Origin: an uncultured Pseudomonadota bacterium
GTDB lineage: Bacteria > Pseudomonadota > Alphaproteobacteria > Rs-D84
DNA length: 64,000 nucleotides
Direction: 5' to 3'
NCBI GenBank assembly: GCA_902774285.1
Contig: CACYHO010000001.1
Span: forward strand, 6,888-70,887
Shown here: piece by piece, positions 10,401 to 19,694 of the stretch
Numbering within the stretch: the stretch's first letter is position 1
Layout of the letters: each line of letters opens with the position of its first letter
Translations under genes and position numbers: made by a program
The notes under the pieces: model-generated
The model's database searches: none
Seen by the model: only the letters and a program-made list of their open reading frames with translations
What the model was told of the DNA's origin: nothing

Positions 10401-11330
10401 ATGTTAAACAACACACCTTCCATACGAGAAACCAACATATACAAAACACTGAACCAAAGACGCCACCAAGATAATACATCGCTTTTTGGCGGCCAAGAAA
10501 CTTCTTCTTATTGGACTTTGGCCGATTTGACTATTTTATATCCAAACGATTTCGATATAAGCCAACCTATTTCAAGTTCTGTTATCACAAAAATAAACGG
10601 CATGGTTTTTAAAGCCATACCCGCATTTCAAAACTTAACACCACAACCAATTCATATATTAAACTTTAAAGAAGATTACAACGCATTTGTAAAAGAAGCA
10701 CACGAAATAAAAACAATAAAAAACGGAACAAATCAAAAATTATCACCCGTTGTTTGTGAATATTTATTTGGCCAAATAAATGGCGCAGAATTTGAACAAG
10801 CGTATTTTATGTGCCCAAACAGACAAATCGAAGATATAAAATCCATATCAAATCAGATAAGATTTGCCAATGTTCGTACCCAGGTAAAACGTTTAAGTGA
10901 AAATTTAGCATCTATCACAAAACATGCCGTTGGATCTAATTTGGATTCTTATTCTGACATATGGTCTTATTTATGGTGCAGATTATTCAATGTACAAAGC
11001 ATGGACGATTTACGTCAAAGATATTGCTTAAAAGAAAACGAAACCATTTTGGACTATATGACACTGGGACCATTAAATTATATGAACAAGATATTGCCAG
11101 AAATATTGTCACGAATTTATGCCAGACCACATGTTTCAATAGATGAAATAAAATATATTATATCCATTGTGATATCACCGGACAGAATTGTACAATTCAC
11201 AAAAGATTTCGGTGATCCAGTCACGAATTATACACAAAAGAATACAGAAACCAGCATATTGGCACCAATCAATCGTGCCAGAACAGCATTATGGTATAAA
11301 ACATACCCATTATCATTAAAACAAAAATAA
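10401..11330 (+). CDS. divergent DinD/BRO-like protein
   Basis: KLSPVVCEYL...FEQAYF; R.QVKRLSENLA; RLFN...DDLRQRYCLKENETILDYM resemble DinD blocks. Confidence 0.5.
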   Translation: MLNNTPSIRETNIYKTLNQRRHQDNTSLFGGQETSSYWTLADLTILYPNDFDISQPISSSVITKINGMVFKAIPAFQNLTPQPIHILNFKEDYNAFVKEAHEIKTIKNGTNQKLSPVVCEYLFGQINGAEFEQAYFMCPNRQIEDIKSISNQIRFANVRTQVKRLSENLASITKHAVGSNLDSYSDIWSYLWCRLFNVQSMDDLRQRYCLKENETILDYMTLGPLNYMNKILPEILSRIYARPHVSIDEIKYIISIVISPDRIVQFTKDFGDPVTNYTQKNTETSILAPINRARTALWYKTYPLSLKQK

Positions 11331-11358
11331 AAACCGCCCAAACGGGCGGCTTTTTATT
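11329..11358. terminator. bidirectional intrinsic terminator
   Basis: AAAAA-CCGCCC-AAAC-GGGCGG-CTTTTT between convergent genes. Confidence 0.8.
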
Positions 11359-11376
11359 TCAACGGTTTGCTTATAA

Positions 11377-11739
11377 TTATTTAACGTTACCAAAGTTTCT
11401 GATAACATCTTCGCAACCAATAAGTTTTGCACCTGTTGCAGACATAATGAACGATAACAACACACCAACCAAGAACAACAAGCTGAATCCAACCAACAAT
11501 CCCTGACCTTTTTCTTTGATATCTTTCATTTCTGCTTTACCAGACGAAATATATCCCCATGCCCAACCTGCGATATAGAATGCAGCACCAATAAATGCCA
11601 TTGTTCTAAGCAAATTGAATACACCGGACAAACTTTTCAAAGCATTGCACATATCATTACCAGCAGGTGCAGCAAATGCAGGAACAGATACCATCAAACC
11701 AATCAAAGCAAAATTGATTTTATTCATAATTTTTTTCAT
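11377..11739 (-). CDS. TrbC/VirB2-like pilin-type membrane protein
   Basis: Signal ending PAFA, two hydrophobic helices separated by a K-rich loop; AAGGAG RBS. Confidence 0.5.
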   Translation of the reverse strand: MKKIMNKINFALIGLMVSVPAFAAPAGNDMCNALKSLSGVFNLLRTMAFIGAAFYIAGWAWGYISSGKAEMKDIKEKGQGLLVGFSLLFLVGVLLSFIMSATGAKLIGCEDVIRNFGNVK

Positions 11740-11794
11740 ATAAAAACTCCTTTCTTTCGTATTATTTTATCATAAAAAAAGCATATTAACAAAT

Positions 11795-11828
11795 AAAAAA
11801 AGCGTCATTTTTCAAGATGACGCTTTTT
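11795..11828 (-). terminator. intrinsic terminator
   Basis: AAAAAGCGTCAT...ATGACGCTTTTT inverted repeat at lipoprotein gene end. Confidence 0.7.
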
Positions 11829-11843
11829 ACAATTCAATACGAA

Positions 11844-12212
11844 TTATCCGGCATAAGCAGGAACAATAACATATCTGTTTTTCAAAACTTGTTTTTTACC
11901 ACAAGTTTTGCAACCACATTTTGCTGGCGCAGGTTCTTCTGTCGCAGCAGGAAGAATTGCCTTTCTGTCATTACGTTGTGCGCCATATGTATCGTTAAAA
12001 TACAAATCTTCACATCTTACATTTTTATAGACAACCTTTTTGGCATCTTTCAAATTACGAATTTCATCACTAAATTCTTTACCTTTTTCATTATAGTAAT
12101 AAACACAGTTATCACCTTCCTGACGGTAACGAACATTAGTTTTGTAGTAATCATAGCCAGAACAGCCAGCGATTAATGTAAAACCCAATAAAGATAAAAT
12201 AACTTTTTTCAT
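11844..12212 (-). CDS. hypothetical lipoprotein
   Basis: MKKVIL...LIAGC lipobox; AGGA RBS. Confidence 0.75.
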   Translation of the reverse strand: MKKVILSLLGFTLIAGCSGYDYYKTNVRYRQEGDNCVYYYNEKGKEFSDEIRNLKDAKKVVYKNVRCEDLYFNDTYGAQRNDRKAILPAATEEPAPAKCGCKTCGKKQVLKNRYVIVPAYAG

Positions 12213-12338
12213 TTTGTTTTCCTTTTTTTGGTTCCTTATTTAAATTTTTACACAAATATATCCGTTGTCAAGTTTTATATAAAAATCACAAAAACCTGTC
12301 TTTTATGATATAATACCATAAAAAAGGAAGAAAAACAA

Positions 12339-13280
12339 ATGCACTACTCTGATTTTGGTCTTTCAAATACAAAAACATTGCTTAAACGTGCGTTGCGCGA
12401 TGGATATGCTGTCCCAGCATTCAATTTTTACAACATGGAAACATTGGATGCTATATTGACTGCTGCACAGATAACACAAAGCCCGGTTATATTGGCTGTA
12501 TCCGAAGATGCGCTTGAATACATGGGGGCCGATATACTTATGGGAATGATACGTGGCGCTAAGTATAAACGTGGTCAAATCGCGTTACACCTTGATCATG
12601 GACATTCTTTTGAAATATGTAAATACGCGACCGATCTTGGATTTTCATCAGTAATGTTCGACGGCAGTGCGTTACCATTAGAACAAAATATTTCCGAATC
12701 GCGTCGAATCGCTGATTATGTTCATAAACAGGACGTATCTTTGGAAACAGAACTTGGTATATTATCTGGCACAGAAGACAAAAACACAAAATCATTAGTA
12801 CATTCTTACACTGATCCAAGTATAGTTAAAAATTTTGTAAAACAGACACAAACCGATTCGCTGGCTGTCGCAATTGGGACATCTCATGGTGTATATAAAA
12901 GAAAAAGCGCCAATGAATCTTTGCGATTCGATATACTGACACAAATTGCAAACAATATACCAAACGTTCCACTTGTTTTACATGGGGCATCTAACATACC
13001 ACAAAAATATATTAAGCAGATAAACAAGTTTGGCGGAAACATAAAAAATGCGTATGGATTTTCACCCGTACAAATTCGTCGTGCAATATCATTACATATT
13101 GCAAAAGTAAACGTTGATTCCGATTCGCGTTTGGCTTTTACTGCAGCGGTTAGAAAAACACTGAACCAAAATCCAAGCATTTTTAATCCACGAGATTATC
13201 TGTTAAAAGCGAAAGACGAAATGACAAAAAATTGTATTGATGAAATACAAAATATTATGGGATCTGGATATAAAATATAA
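12339..13280 (+). CDS. fba: class II fructose-bisphosphate aldolase
   Basis: AVPAFN, HLDHG, SVMFDGS, AIGTSHG, LHGAS, KVNVDSD. Confidence 0.95.
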   Translation: MHYSDFGLSNTKTLLKRALRDGYAVPAFNFYNMETLDAILTAAQITQSPVILAVSEDALEYMGADILMGMIRGAKYKRGQIALHLDHGHSFEICKYATDLGFSSVMFDGSALPLEQNISESRRIADYVHKQDVSLETELGILSGTEDKNTKSLVHSYTDPSIVKNFVKQTQTDSLAVAIGTSHGVYKRKSANESLRFDILTQIANNIPNVPLVLHGASNIPQKYIKQINKFGGNIKNAYGFSPVQIRRAISLHIAKVNVDSDSRLAFTAAVRKTLNQNPSIFNPRDYLLKAKDEMTKNCIDEIQNIMGSGYKI

Positions 13281-13285
13281 TCAAC

Positions 13286-13313
13286 AAAAAACCGCCTATA
13301 CGGCGGTTTCTTT
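13286..13313. terminator. bidirectional terminator between fba and efp
   Basis: AAAAAACCGCC-TATAC-GGCGGTTT. Confidence 0.8.
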
Positions 13314-13329
13314 ATATCATGTTGATTTT

Positions 13330-13899
13330 CTATTTAGCTCTTTCTACATATTCTAATGTTTCAGTATTCACAACAATCTTTTCACCTTGTTCAATGAAAG
13401 TCGGAACTTGAACACGAACACCATTATCTAAAATTGCAGGTTTACCACCACTGCTTGTTGCTGTTTGACCTTTCAATGCAGGTTCTGTTTCTTCAACTGT
13501 TGCAACAACTGTTTTTGGCAGTGTGATCGATACAGGATGTCCTTCGACAAAGTTTGCTTTGACCGTCATTTCTGGCGCCAAGAATTTCATTTGTTCACCC
13601 AAACTGTCATTTGGCATTGTGAATTGTTCGTAATCTGACAAATTCATAAAGAATGCATCTGTGCCATCCGAATATAAATATTGACATTCGATATCTTCAA
13701 CCATCAACTTTTCAACTTTGTCTTCTGCGCGCCAACGATCCCCGCCTTTGTTTCCAGAATCAATATCACGCAAATCAGCTTGAACAAAAGCACCACCTTT
13801 ACCTGGTTTTACTTTTGTAATAGATGTGACAGAATAACGTTTACCATTGTGAGAAATAACCCAACCCACACGCATATCATTTGCAATAAAAGATGCCAT
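13330..13899 (-). CDS. efp: elongation factor P
   Basis: KPGKGGAF, KPAILDNG, VPTFI..GE. Confidence 0.98.
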   Translation of the reverse strand: MASFIANDMRVGWVISHNGKRYSVTSITKVKPGKGGAFVQADLRDIDSGNKGGDRWRAEDKVEKLMVEDIECQYLYSDGTDAFFMNLSDYEQFTMPNDSLGEQMKFLAPEMTVKANFVEGHPVSITLPKTVVATVEETEPALKGQTATSSGGKPAILDNGVRVQVPTFIEQGEKIVVNTETLEYVERAK

Positions 13900-13961
13900 T
13901 TGTTTACCCCTTGGTTTAAATTTACTTGATAAGAATATAATAAAGTTTTTATTTTGGCAAC

Positions 13962-13989
13962 AAAAAACGGCGCAAATGCGCCGTCCAAC
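13962..13989 (-). terminator. terminator (segment 3:4 of putative attenuator) upstream of efp
   Basis: ACGGCGC-ATTT-GCGCCGT followed by TTTTT on minus strand. Confidence 0.8.
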
Positions 13990-14051
13990 TTATCAAAAAT
14001 AAATTAGAACGATAAAGATGCGCCGTTGTCGGCAAGTGCAGTGTACAAATG

Positions 14052-14087
14052 TTACATAAACGCGCCGACAACAAGCAGATGTGTCAT
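14052..14087 (-). CDS. putative attenuator leader peptide MTHLLVVGAFM
   Basis: ATG 17 nt after dnaN stop; its Val-Val-Gly codons form one arm of a perfect 9-bp inverted repeat. Confidence 0.5.
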   Translation of the reverse strand: MTHLLVVGAFM

Positions 14088-14104
14088 TATAATTTATTTT
14101 ATTT

Positions 14105-15217
14105 TTACATACGCATTGGCATCAACACAAACAATGCATCTGTATCTTTTTCTGTAGATTTTATAATTGTTGGCGACAAAGATTCTTGCATTTCCATTTG
14201 GAATTTATCACCTTCGGCTTGACCAGCAACATCAAGTAAGAATTTCACATTGAAATTAATTGTAAATGTTGCATCGCCATTATATTCTACATCTAATTCT
14301 TGTGTTGCCGCACCTGCATCTGGGCTTGATGCACTTATAACCAATTTGTTCATTGAAAATGCCAATTGAACAGATTTTGTTTTATCGACACTGGCAACAG
14401 ATACCAAATCAACAGCATTAACAAATTGTTTTCTGTCCAAGATAGCAATCTTATCGTTACCCTTTGGAATAACAACCCGATAATTTGGATACTGAGCATC
14501 AACCAATTTGCTTGTCAATGTGGCAGCACCAACTGTAAAGCGAGCCTTTGTATCAGACAATTCAATCAAAACATCATCAACGTTTGCATCTTCTAACAAT
14601 TTTGATAATTCACCAATAACGCGTCTTGGTATAATAACCGAAGGCATACCCTTTGCAGCAGCAGGTGCATCAATCGCACACAATGCCATTCTTTGTGCAT
14701 CAGTTGCAACAGCTGTTAATTTACCAGTATCTTCGGATATATGGAAATAAATCCCCCCCAAATGATAACGAACATCGTCTGTTGGAATTGCAAATTTTGT
14801 TTGGTTAATTAAATGTGCCAAATCACCAGTTGTCATTTGGAATTTCGTACTTAAATTACCACCTGCCATTGCTGGGAAATTTTCTGCTGGCAATGTTGGT
14901 AAATGAAATACAGCACGGCCACTTGACACAACCAATTGATCACCTGATTGTTTAAAACTTATTTCTGCATCATCTGGAAGTTTACGAACTATATCATACA
15001 ACATTTGGACAGGTACAGTTGTTTTACCAGCCAAAGTAATATCGGCCGCAACATGTTCTACCAATTCCAAATCAACATTTGTAGCAGACAACACCAAATC
15101 ATCTGACACTTCGATTTTAACATTAACCAATATAGGCAAAGTAGCACGTTTTTCAACGATAGACTGCATATGCCCCAGCGCACGTATTAAAACCTGACGA
15201 AACACTGAAAATTCCAT
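14105..15217 (-). CDS. dnaN: DNA polymerase III beta clamp
   Basis: LPILVNVKI, ATNVDLE, VATDAQRM, YPNYRVVIP, VLMPMR. Confidence 0.98.
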   Translation of the reverse strand: MEFSVFRQVLIRALGHMQSIVEKRATLPILVNVKIEVSDDLVLSATNVDLELVEHVAADITLAGKTTVPVQMLYDIVRKLPDDAEISFKQSGDQLVVSSGRAVFHLPTLPAENFPAMAGGNLSTKFQMTTGDLAHLINQTKFAIPTDDVRYHLGGIYFHISEDTGKLTAVATDAQRMALCAIDAPAAAKGMPSVIIPRRVIGELSKLLEDANVDDVLIELSDTKARFTVGAATLTSKLVDAQYPNYRVVIPKGNDKIAILDRKQFVNAVDLVSVASVDKTKSVQLAFSMNKLVISASSPDAGAATQELDVEYNGDATFTINFNVKFLLDVAGQAEGDKFQMEMQESLSPTIIKSTEKDTDALFVLMPMRM

Positions 15218-15348
15218 AATTTGCTCCTGTTCTTTTTATTTCATTAATTTCCTGTTTGAAAGTGTACCAAAAAACACCGATTCGGTGCAAGAGCAAACTG
15301 ATAAAAAAGAAACTTTATTTTTATTTGACAAAACAATTTTTTATCAAA

Positions 15349-16119
15349 TTATTTTGCCAGCAATTTTTCCAATTTATTTCGTATTTTCTTTACATCATCA
15401 TATTTCTTGATAGTGCCTTTTTCAGCAAAAGATATATCACCTGTTTCTTCAGACACAACCAAAACAACAGACTTTGACATTTCTGACATACCTAACGCCG
15501 CCCTGTGTCGTGTACCGTATTTCCATTGCAATTGATTTTGTGACAAAGGCAATATTGCACCAGCATATTTAATTTTATTGTCTGATATTATAACAGCACC
15601 GTCGTGCAAAGGAGTCTTGTTAAAGAATATAGTTAAAAGTAATTCACTGGATATTATCGCATCTATCTTTGTTCCGTAACGTTCTATCACACCATCATCA
15701 ATTTCTTCTGGAAAAACAATCAATGCACCAGTATGTCTTTCTGACATATAAGCAACGGCTTTAATTATCTCTTCTACTGACTTTTGTTTATTTGAAGAAT
15801 TTTTAACATCTTGTTTGAACGCATATATCATATTTCTCCAACCACGAATATTTCCCATAAGTGCCAAAAATTTACGTAATTCTGGTTGAAAAATAACAAT
15901 TAAAGCAACCGACAAAAATAATGCCATCCAATGTAAAAAACGACCAAGTAAATATAAATGCAATATTGGCAATAAAAAACTTAAGGCCCATATCACCCCC
16001 AGTCCGAACAAACCTCGAACTAATTTTTCAGAAGATGTGTTTTTTATAAAACTTACATAAAAAACATAAACCAATAATACAATTATAAAAACCTGAATAA
16101 TATTTAGCCAATTAAACAT
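15349..16119 (-). CDS. cdaA: membrane diadenylate cyclase CdaA (DAC domain)
   Basis: 3 N-terminal TMs, IFQPELRKFL, TPLHDGAVII, GTRHRAALG, VSEETG. Confidence 0.93.
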   Translation of the reverse strand: MFNWLNIIQVFIIVLLVYVFYVSFIKNTSSEKLVRGLFGLGVIWALSFLLPILHLYLLGRFLHWMALFLSVALIVIFQPELRKFLALMGNIRGWRNMIYAFKQDVKNSSNKQKSVEEIIKAVAYMSERHTGALIVFPEEIDDGVIERYGTKIDAIISSELLLTIFFNKTPLHDGAVIISDNKIKYAGAILPLSQNQLQWKYGTRHRAALGMSEMSKSVVLVVSEETGDISFAEKGTIKKYDDVKKIRNKLEKLLAK

Positions 16120-16120
16120 G

Positions 16121-18205
16121 TTATTTTACCTTAAATAAAGAATTAGAAAGAATTTTGACAGGCCGCCTTAGCCAATCAGGATCTTCGCGTTTATATGGCG
16201 CACCACTTTTTTGCGCTGTTTGATAAGGGTGTTCGTCCGCCAACCAACCCTCTAATAAATCGCCCGCCAACACACCTGCGATTAAACCACCGGCGATACT
16301 TAATCCACCAGTCAAAGGTGACAATAATAAACCAATACCAACAGCAGAACCTACTTTACCAGCAACAGCAGCACCACTTATTTTAAAATCAGGTTCCGCT
16401 AAATTACCAGATATTTGCAAAGCATTGATAAGATTACCTGACAACGATAACTTTAATCCCCTTACAGGAACTGTGGCCAAAGATAATTGTATTGTTTCTT
16501 TACCTAAATCAAGGTTTCCTGCAAGACGCATATTTATAACTTTTGTTTCAACAGCCACCCCATTTTGTGTTTCTATTAAACCATTTCTTAATATAACATT
16601 CACGACAGCACCATCTATTTGAATCATATCTCGTTTATTACCAGTAAACATATCTTCTACATTATGTCGAAGATCTGTTAAGAAATCCCCACCGTACATA
16701 TACGCGACTAAATCAGCATGTGCAAAACCACGATCCGTTGACACAACAAGAACAGGACCTGTTATGGTTTGCATTATCTCTGACATATTTTTACCACGTG
16801 CTTTTACATATAAATCTATATTCATCGGCAAACCAGAAAGAATGTCTTTTACGTCTACTTGGTTAATTATTTCTCCAACATAAACATTATGACCAACTGC
16901 CGCCATTGTTGCATCATACATACCATTCTCGTATATATTTGAATCTATTACTGCATTAACATTGCCATCAGCAATACCAACATTAGCATCTATACGTGCA
17001 GAGTGATCCTTGATTTTTAATTTCACATCCATGTCAGACAAATCCAAATGTCTGTAAACTATAAAATGTTTAACATTAACATTTATTTCTGCATCTACAT
17101 TATACAGATACTGGCCGAACAACGGCATATCTTTAAACACATTTAAATCTCTATCTGGATGGATCCATTCTTTACCTACCCCGTACCAATCAGGGAAAGA
17201 TTTATATAAATTTATCATATCAGAAGAAACATTAAATCGCACAACAGGATTTATTTTAGCCCAATCGTATGTTCCAGAAAAACTAATTGATGACCCATTA
17301 GATTCTATTGAAGACTTTCTAAATGATATTTTCTTTTTACCTATACTAAACGCAACATTCATTTTGATTTTGGGCAAATCGATAATATCAACATTAAACC
17401 ATTTTCCTGATTTTTTAATATTTGGGATCTCGCCACGTATAATAAAATCTATTGGCAATTTACTGGTACCTTCTAAAGCTGTATCTACTATTAACGCCTC
17501 CCCACCCGTAGCAAAAGCGATTCGCACAGGATAAATTTTTCTTTCACTGTTGTATTCAGAAAATTGTACTACGAATGGAAAATTTATATCGTATGGTTTT
17601 ACCCAACCACTATATTCACGATTCGAATTTCGCATATAATTACTTATACCAAAACTTGATAATTCATATTTTTCACCGTATAAATTTACAGATAACTTAT
17701 CAATATCCATTCCACCAAAAGGCAACTGATTCACAGGATATTTGGCAATTGTATTTTTTTCTGTATCCGGTGTTTCTATTGGTGTTTGTGATTTATTAAA
17801 CACTGCTGAACTTTCATCTTTACCATTTTTTTCTAGTGCTATTTTTGCATCATGAATTTTTACATGACGAATAACAGGATGTGATCCAAACATTGATAAT
17901 AAATCTAATCTTACATCTATTTTTTTTGCACTGAACAGATTTTTATTTTTAGCCCAGTCTGCATTTGGAATACGAACATTATTTAATTCTATTTCTGGAC
18001 GTAAAGAAAAATGCCATGAAATTTTTCCGTCTATCTCAACCTGCATATTTGTGGCATCACGCAATGCATGTAAAATATTACCGCGCAATGATTCTAAATC
18101 TATTTGTGATAAAGCGATCCCAACAGCAACCAACAGCCCCATAAAAAACATGGCCAGTATTCTAAGTGTCCACAGATGTTTTCTATAAAACGCGTATAAA
18201 AACAT
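16121..18205 (-). CDS. AsmA family envelope protein
   Basis: N-terminal TM, DATNMQVEIDGKI...LRPEIELNNV.I.NADWA; C-terminal ISGNLAEP and Gly-rich helix. Confidence 0.75.
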   Translation of the reverse strand: MFLYAFYRKHLWTLRILAMFFMGLLVAVGIALSQIDLESLRGNILHALRDATNMQVEIDGKISWHFSLRPEIELNNVRIPNADWAKNKNLFSAKKIDVRLDLLSMFGSHPVIRHVKIHDAKIALEKNGKDESSAVFNKSQTPIETPDTEKNTIAKYPVNQLPFGGMDIDKLSVNLYGEKYELSSFGISNYMRNSNREYSGWVKPYDINFPFVVQFSEYNSERKIYPVRIAFATGGEALIVDTALEGTSKLPIDFIIRGEIPNIKKSGKWFNVDIIDLPKIKMNVAFSIGKKKISFRKSSIESNGSSISFSGTYDWAKINPVVRFNVSSDMINLYKSFPDWYGVGKEWIHPDRDLNVFKDMPLFGQYLYNVDAEINVNVKHFIVYRHLDLSDMDVKLKIKDHSARIDANVGIADGNVNAVIDSNIYENGMYDATMAAVGHNVYVGEIINQVDVKDILSGLPMNIDLYVKARGKNMSEIMQTITGPVLVVSTDRGFAHADLVAYMYGGDFLTDLRHNVEDMFTGNKRDMIQIDGAVVNVILRNGLIETQNGVAVETKVINMRLAGNLDLGKETIQLSLATVPVRGLKLSLSGNLINALQISGNLAEPDFKISGAAVAGKVGSAVGIGLLLSPLTGGLSIAGGLIAGVLAGDLLEGWLADEHPYQTAQKSGAPYKREDPDWLRRPVKILSNSLFKVK

Positions 18206-18216
18206 ATCTGACCATC

Positions 18217-19179
18217 CTATGGTAATTTAAACTCTAAAAACTTTATAACAGATTGCATAAAGTCTGGCAAGTCCGCTTTTAATGTTATTGTCTTTCCTGT
18301 TCCAGGATGCTTGAAAGTAATCCTGTATGCAAATAAAAATAATTTTTGTGTTGTTAAAAACGACCCTAAGATTCCATCTAATTTATTGGTTCGATCACCA
18401 TACAAATCGTCACCTATGATTGGCGCATGCAAAGAAAAAGCACTGTGTAATCTTAACTGATGCGTACGTCCCGTTTTTGGCAAAAACAATACCCAAGCTA
18501 ACATTCCGGCCGCTTCACCAAGCACCTTATATTCTGTTATTGCACGTTGTGCAGATACGGATTGCGGTATTTTTTTTACATCTTCAAAAACTTGACCTTT
18601 TGCGACATAATTTTCAATCACGCCTGATTTCTGTGACAAGCTCCCTTGTAATAAAGCCAGATATTCCTTGTGTGCTGTTTTGTTCTGAAACTGACTTGAT
18701 AGATCTTGAGCTGCTTTTTGGTTTTTCGCTACGACTAACAGTCCACTTGTTTCTCTATCTATTCTGTGAACCAATGATATTTTGTCATATGGAAAAAGCG
18801 CCGCAGCCATTTTATCTATTGATTTTTTAATACCAGTTCCGCCCTGCACTGCTAATCCAGCAGGTTTATTAAAAACCACGATATCCGTGTCATTATGAAT
18901 TATGCATTTTCTTAAATTTTCTAAATCGACTAAAGAATAATTGGCACCGTTTTCTGTCTTCTTTACAACTTTGTACGATTGCAATGTAGGCGGCAAACGA
19001 ACGATATCACCTTTGTTTAATATCTCCATCCCCTTGCAACGCGAAGAATTAACTCTTATTTGACCACCACGACAAAGCCTGTAAAAATCACGCTGTAACA
19101 TTCCTGGATAATTACGGACAAACCAACGTAACAAACGTGTTCCAGATTCCGCATCAGAAATAGTTATAAATTCAGCCAT
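18217..19179 (-). CDS. rluC: RluA-family pseudouridine synthase with S4 domain (RluC-like)
   Basis: NKPAGLAVQGG, VHRIDRETSG, TGRTHQLR, IIGDDLYG. Confidence 0.8.
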   Translation of the reverse strand: MAEFITISDAESGTRLLRWFVRNYPGMLQRDFYRLCRGGQIRVNSSRCKGMEILNKGDIVRLPPTLQSYKVVKKTENGANYSLVDLENLRKCIIHNDTDIVVFNKPAGLAVQGGTGIKKSIDKMAAALFPYDKISLVHRIDRETSGLLVVAKNQKAAQDLSSQFQNKTAHKEYLALLQGSLSQKSGVIENYVAKGQVFEDVKKIPQSVSAQRAITEYKVLGEAAGMLAWVLFLPKTGRTHQLRLHSAFSLHAPIIGDDLYGDRTNKLDGILGSFLTTQKLFLFAYRITFKHPGTGKTITLKADLPDFMQSVIKFLEFKLP

Positions 19180-19184
19180 ATATC

Positions 19185-19646
19185 TTATTCGCCATATGTA
19201 ATGGATACAACATTGTTACCGCCATCCATACAATTACCTGTTGCCCCACTTTCTTTATGATTAGAAGAAACATATCCAACAGAATCTGTCCATGCCTTGG
19301 TTACCAATGCTTCACAATCAGATTTATTCAACCCATTTATACGAACGATAAATTGACGATAATTAGATGGGTCAACCGCCAATTCATACGTTCCCCCATA
19401 AGGATTTTTATTGCTTACGGACATCGCAGCAAAAATGGTCGAATTATCAATATGCGAAAAATCATCATAATCCCCTAAAAGACCGCGCACACCTGAAACT
19501 ATGGTAACAACATCATCCATAACACGCGCTTGTTTTTGACGGTTTACCCCCAAAGAAATAAGAGCAAATGCAGTTGCTGTCAACATACCCATAATTGCCA
19601 ATACACCAACCATTTCGATCATTGAACGACCAGATTCTTGTCTCAT
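19185..19646 (-). CDS. type IV pilin-like protein (PilS-like globular domain)
   Basis: Class III signal QESG/RSMIEM with E5, hydrophobic helix, NPYGG, C-terminal Cys pair. Confidence 0.8.
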   Translation of the reverse strand: MRQESGRSMIEMVGVLAIMGMLTATAFALISLGVNRQKQARVMDDVVTIVSGVRGLLGDYDDFSHIDNSTIFAAMSVSNKNPYGGTYELAVDPSNYRQFIVRINGLNKSDCEALVTKAWTDSVGYVSSNHKESGATGNCMDGGNNVVSITYGE

Positions 19647-19694
19647 ATTACACCTCTATTTGATTTTTCTATTTTATATAATATCATATTTAGT

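Noticed and set aside
14015-14085. Long hairpin as SRP RNA or 6S RNA
   Set aside because: No SRP GGAA loop or CAGG/AGCA motif, and no 6S closing stem plus central bubble; the attenuator reading fits better
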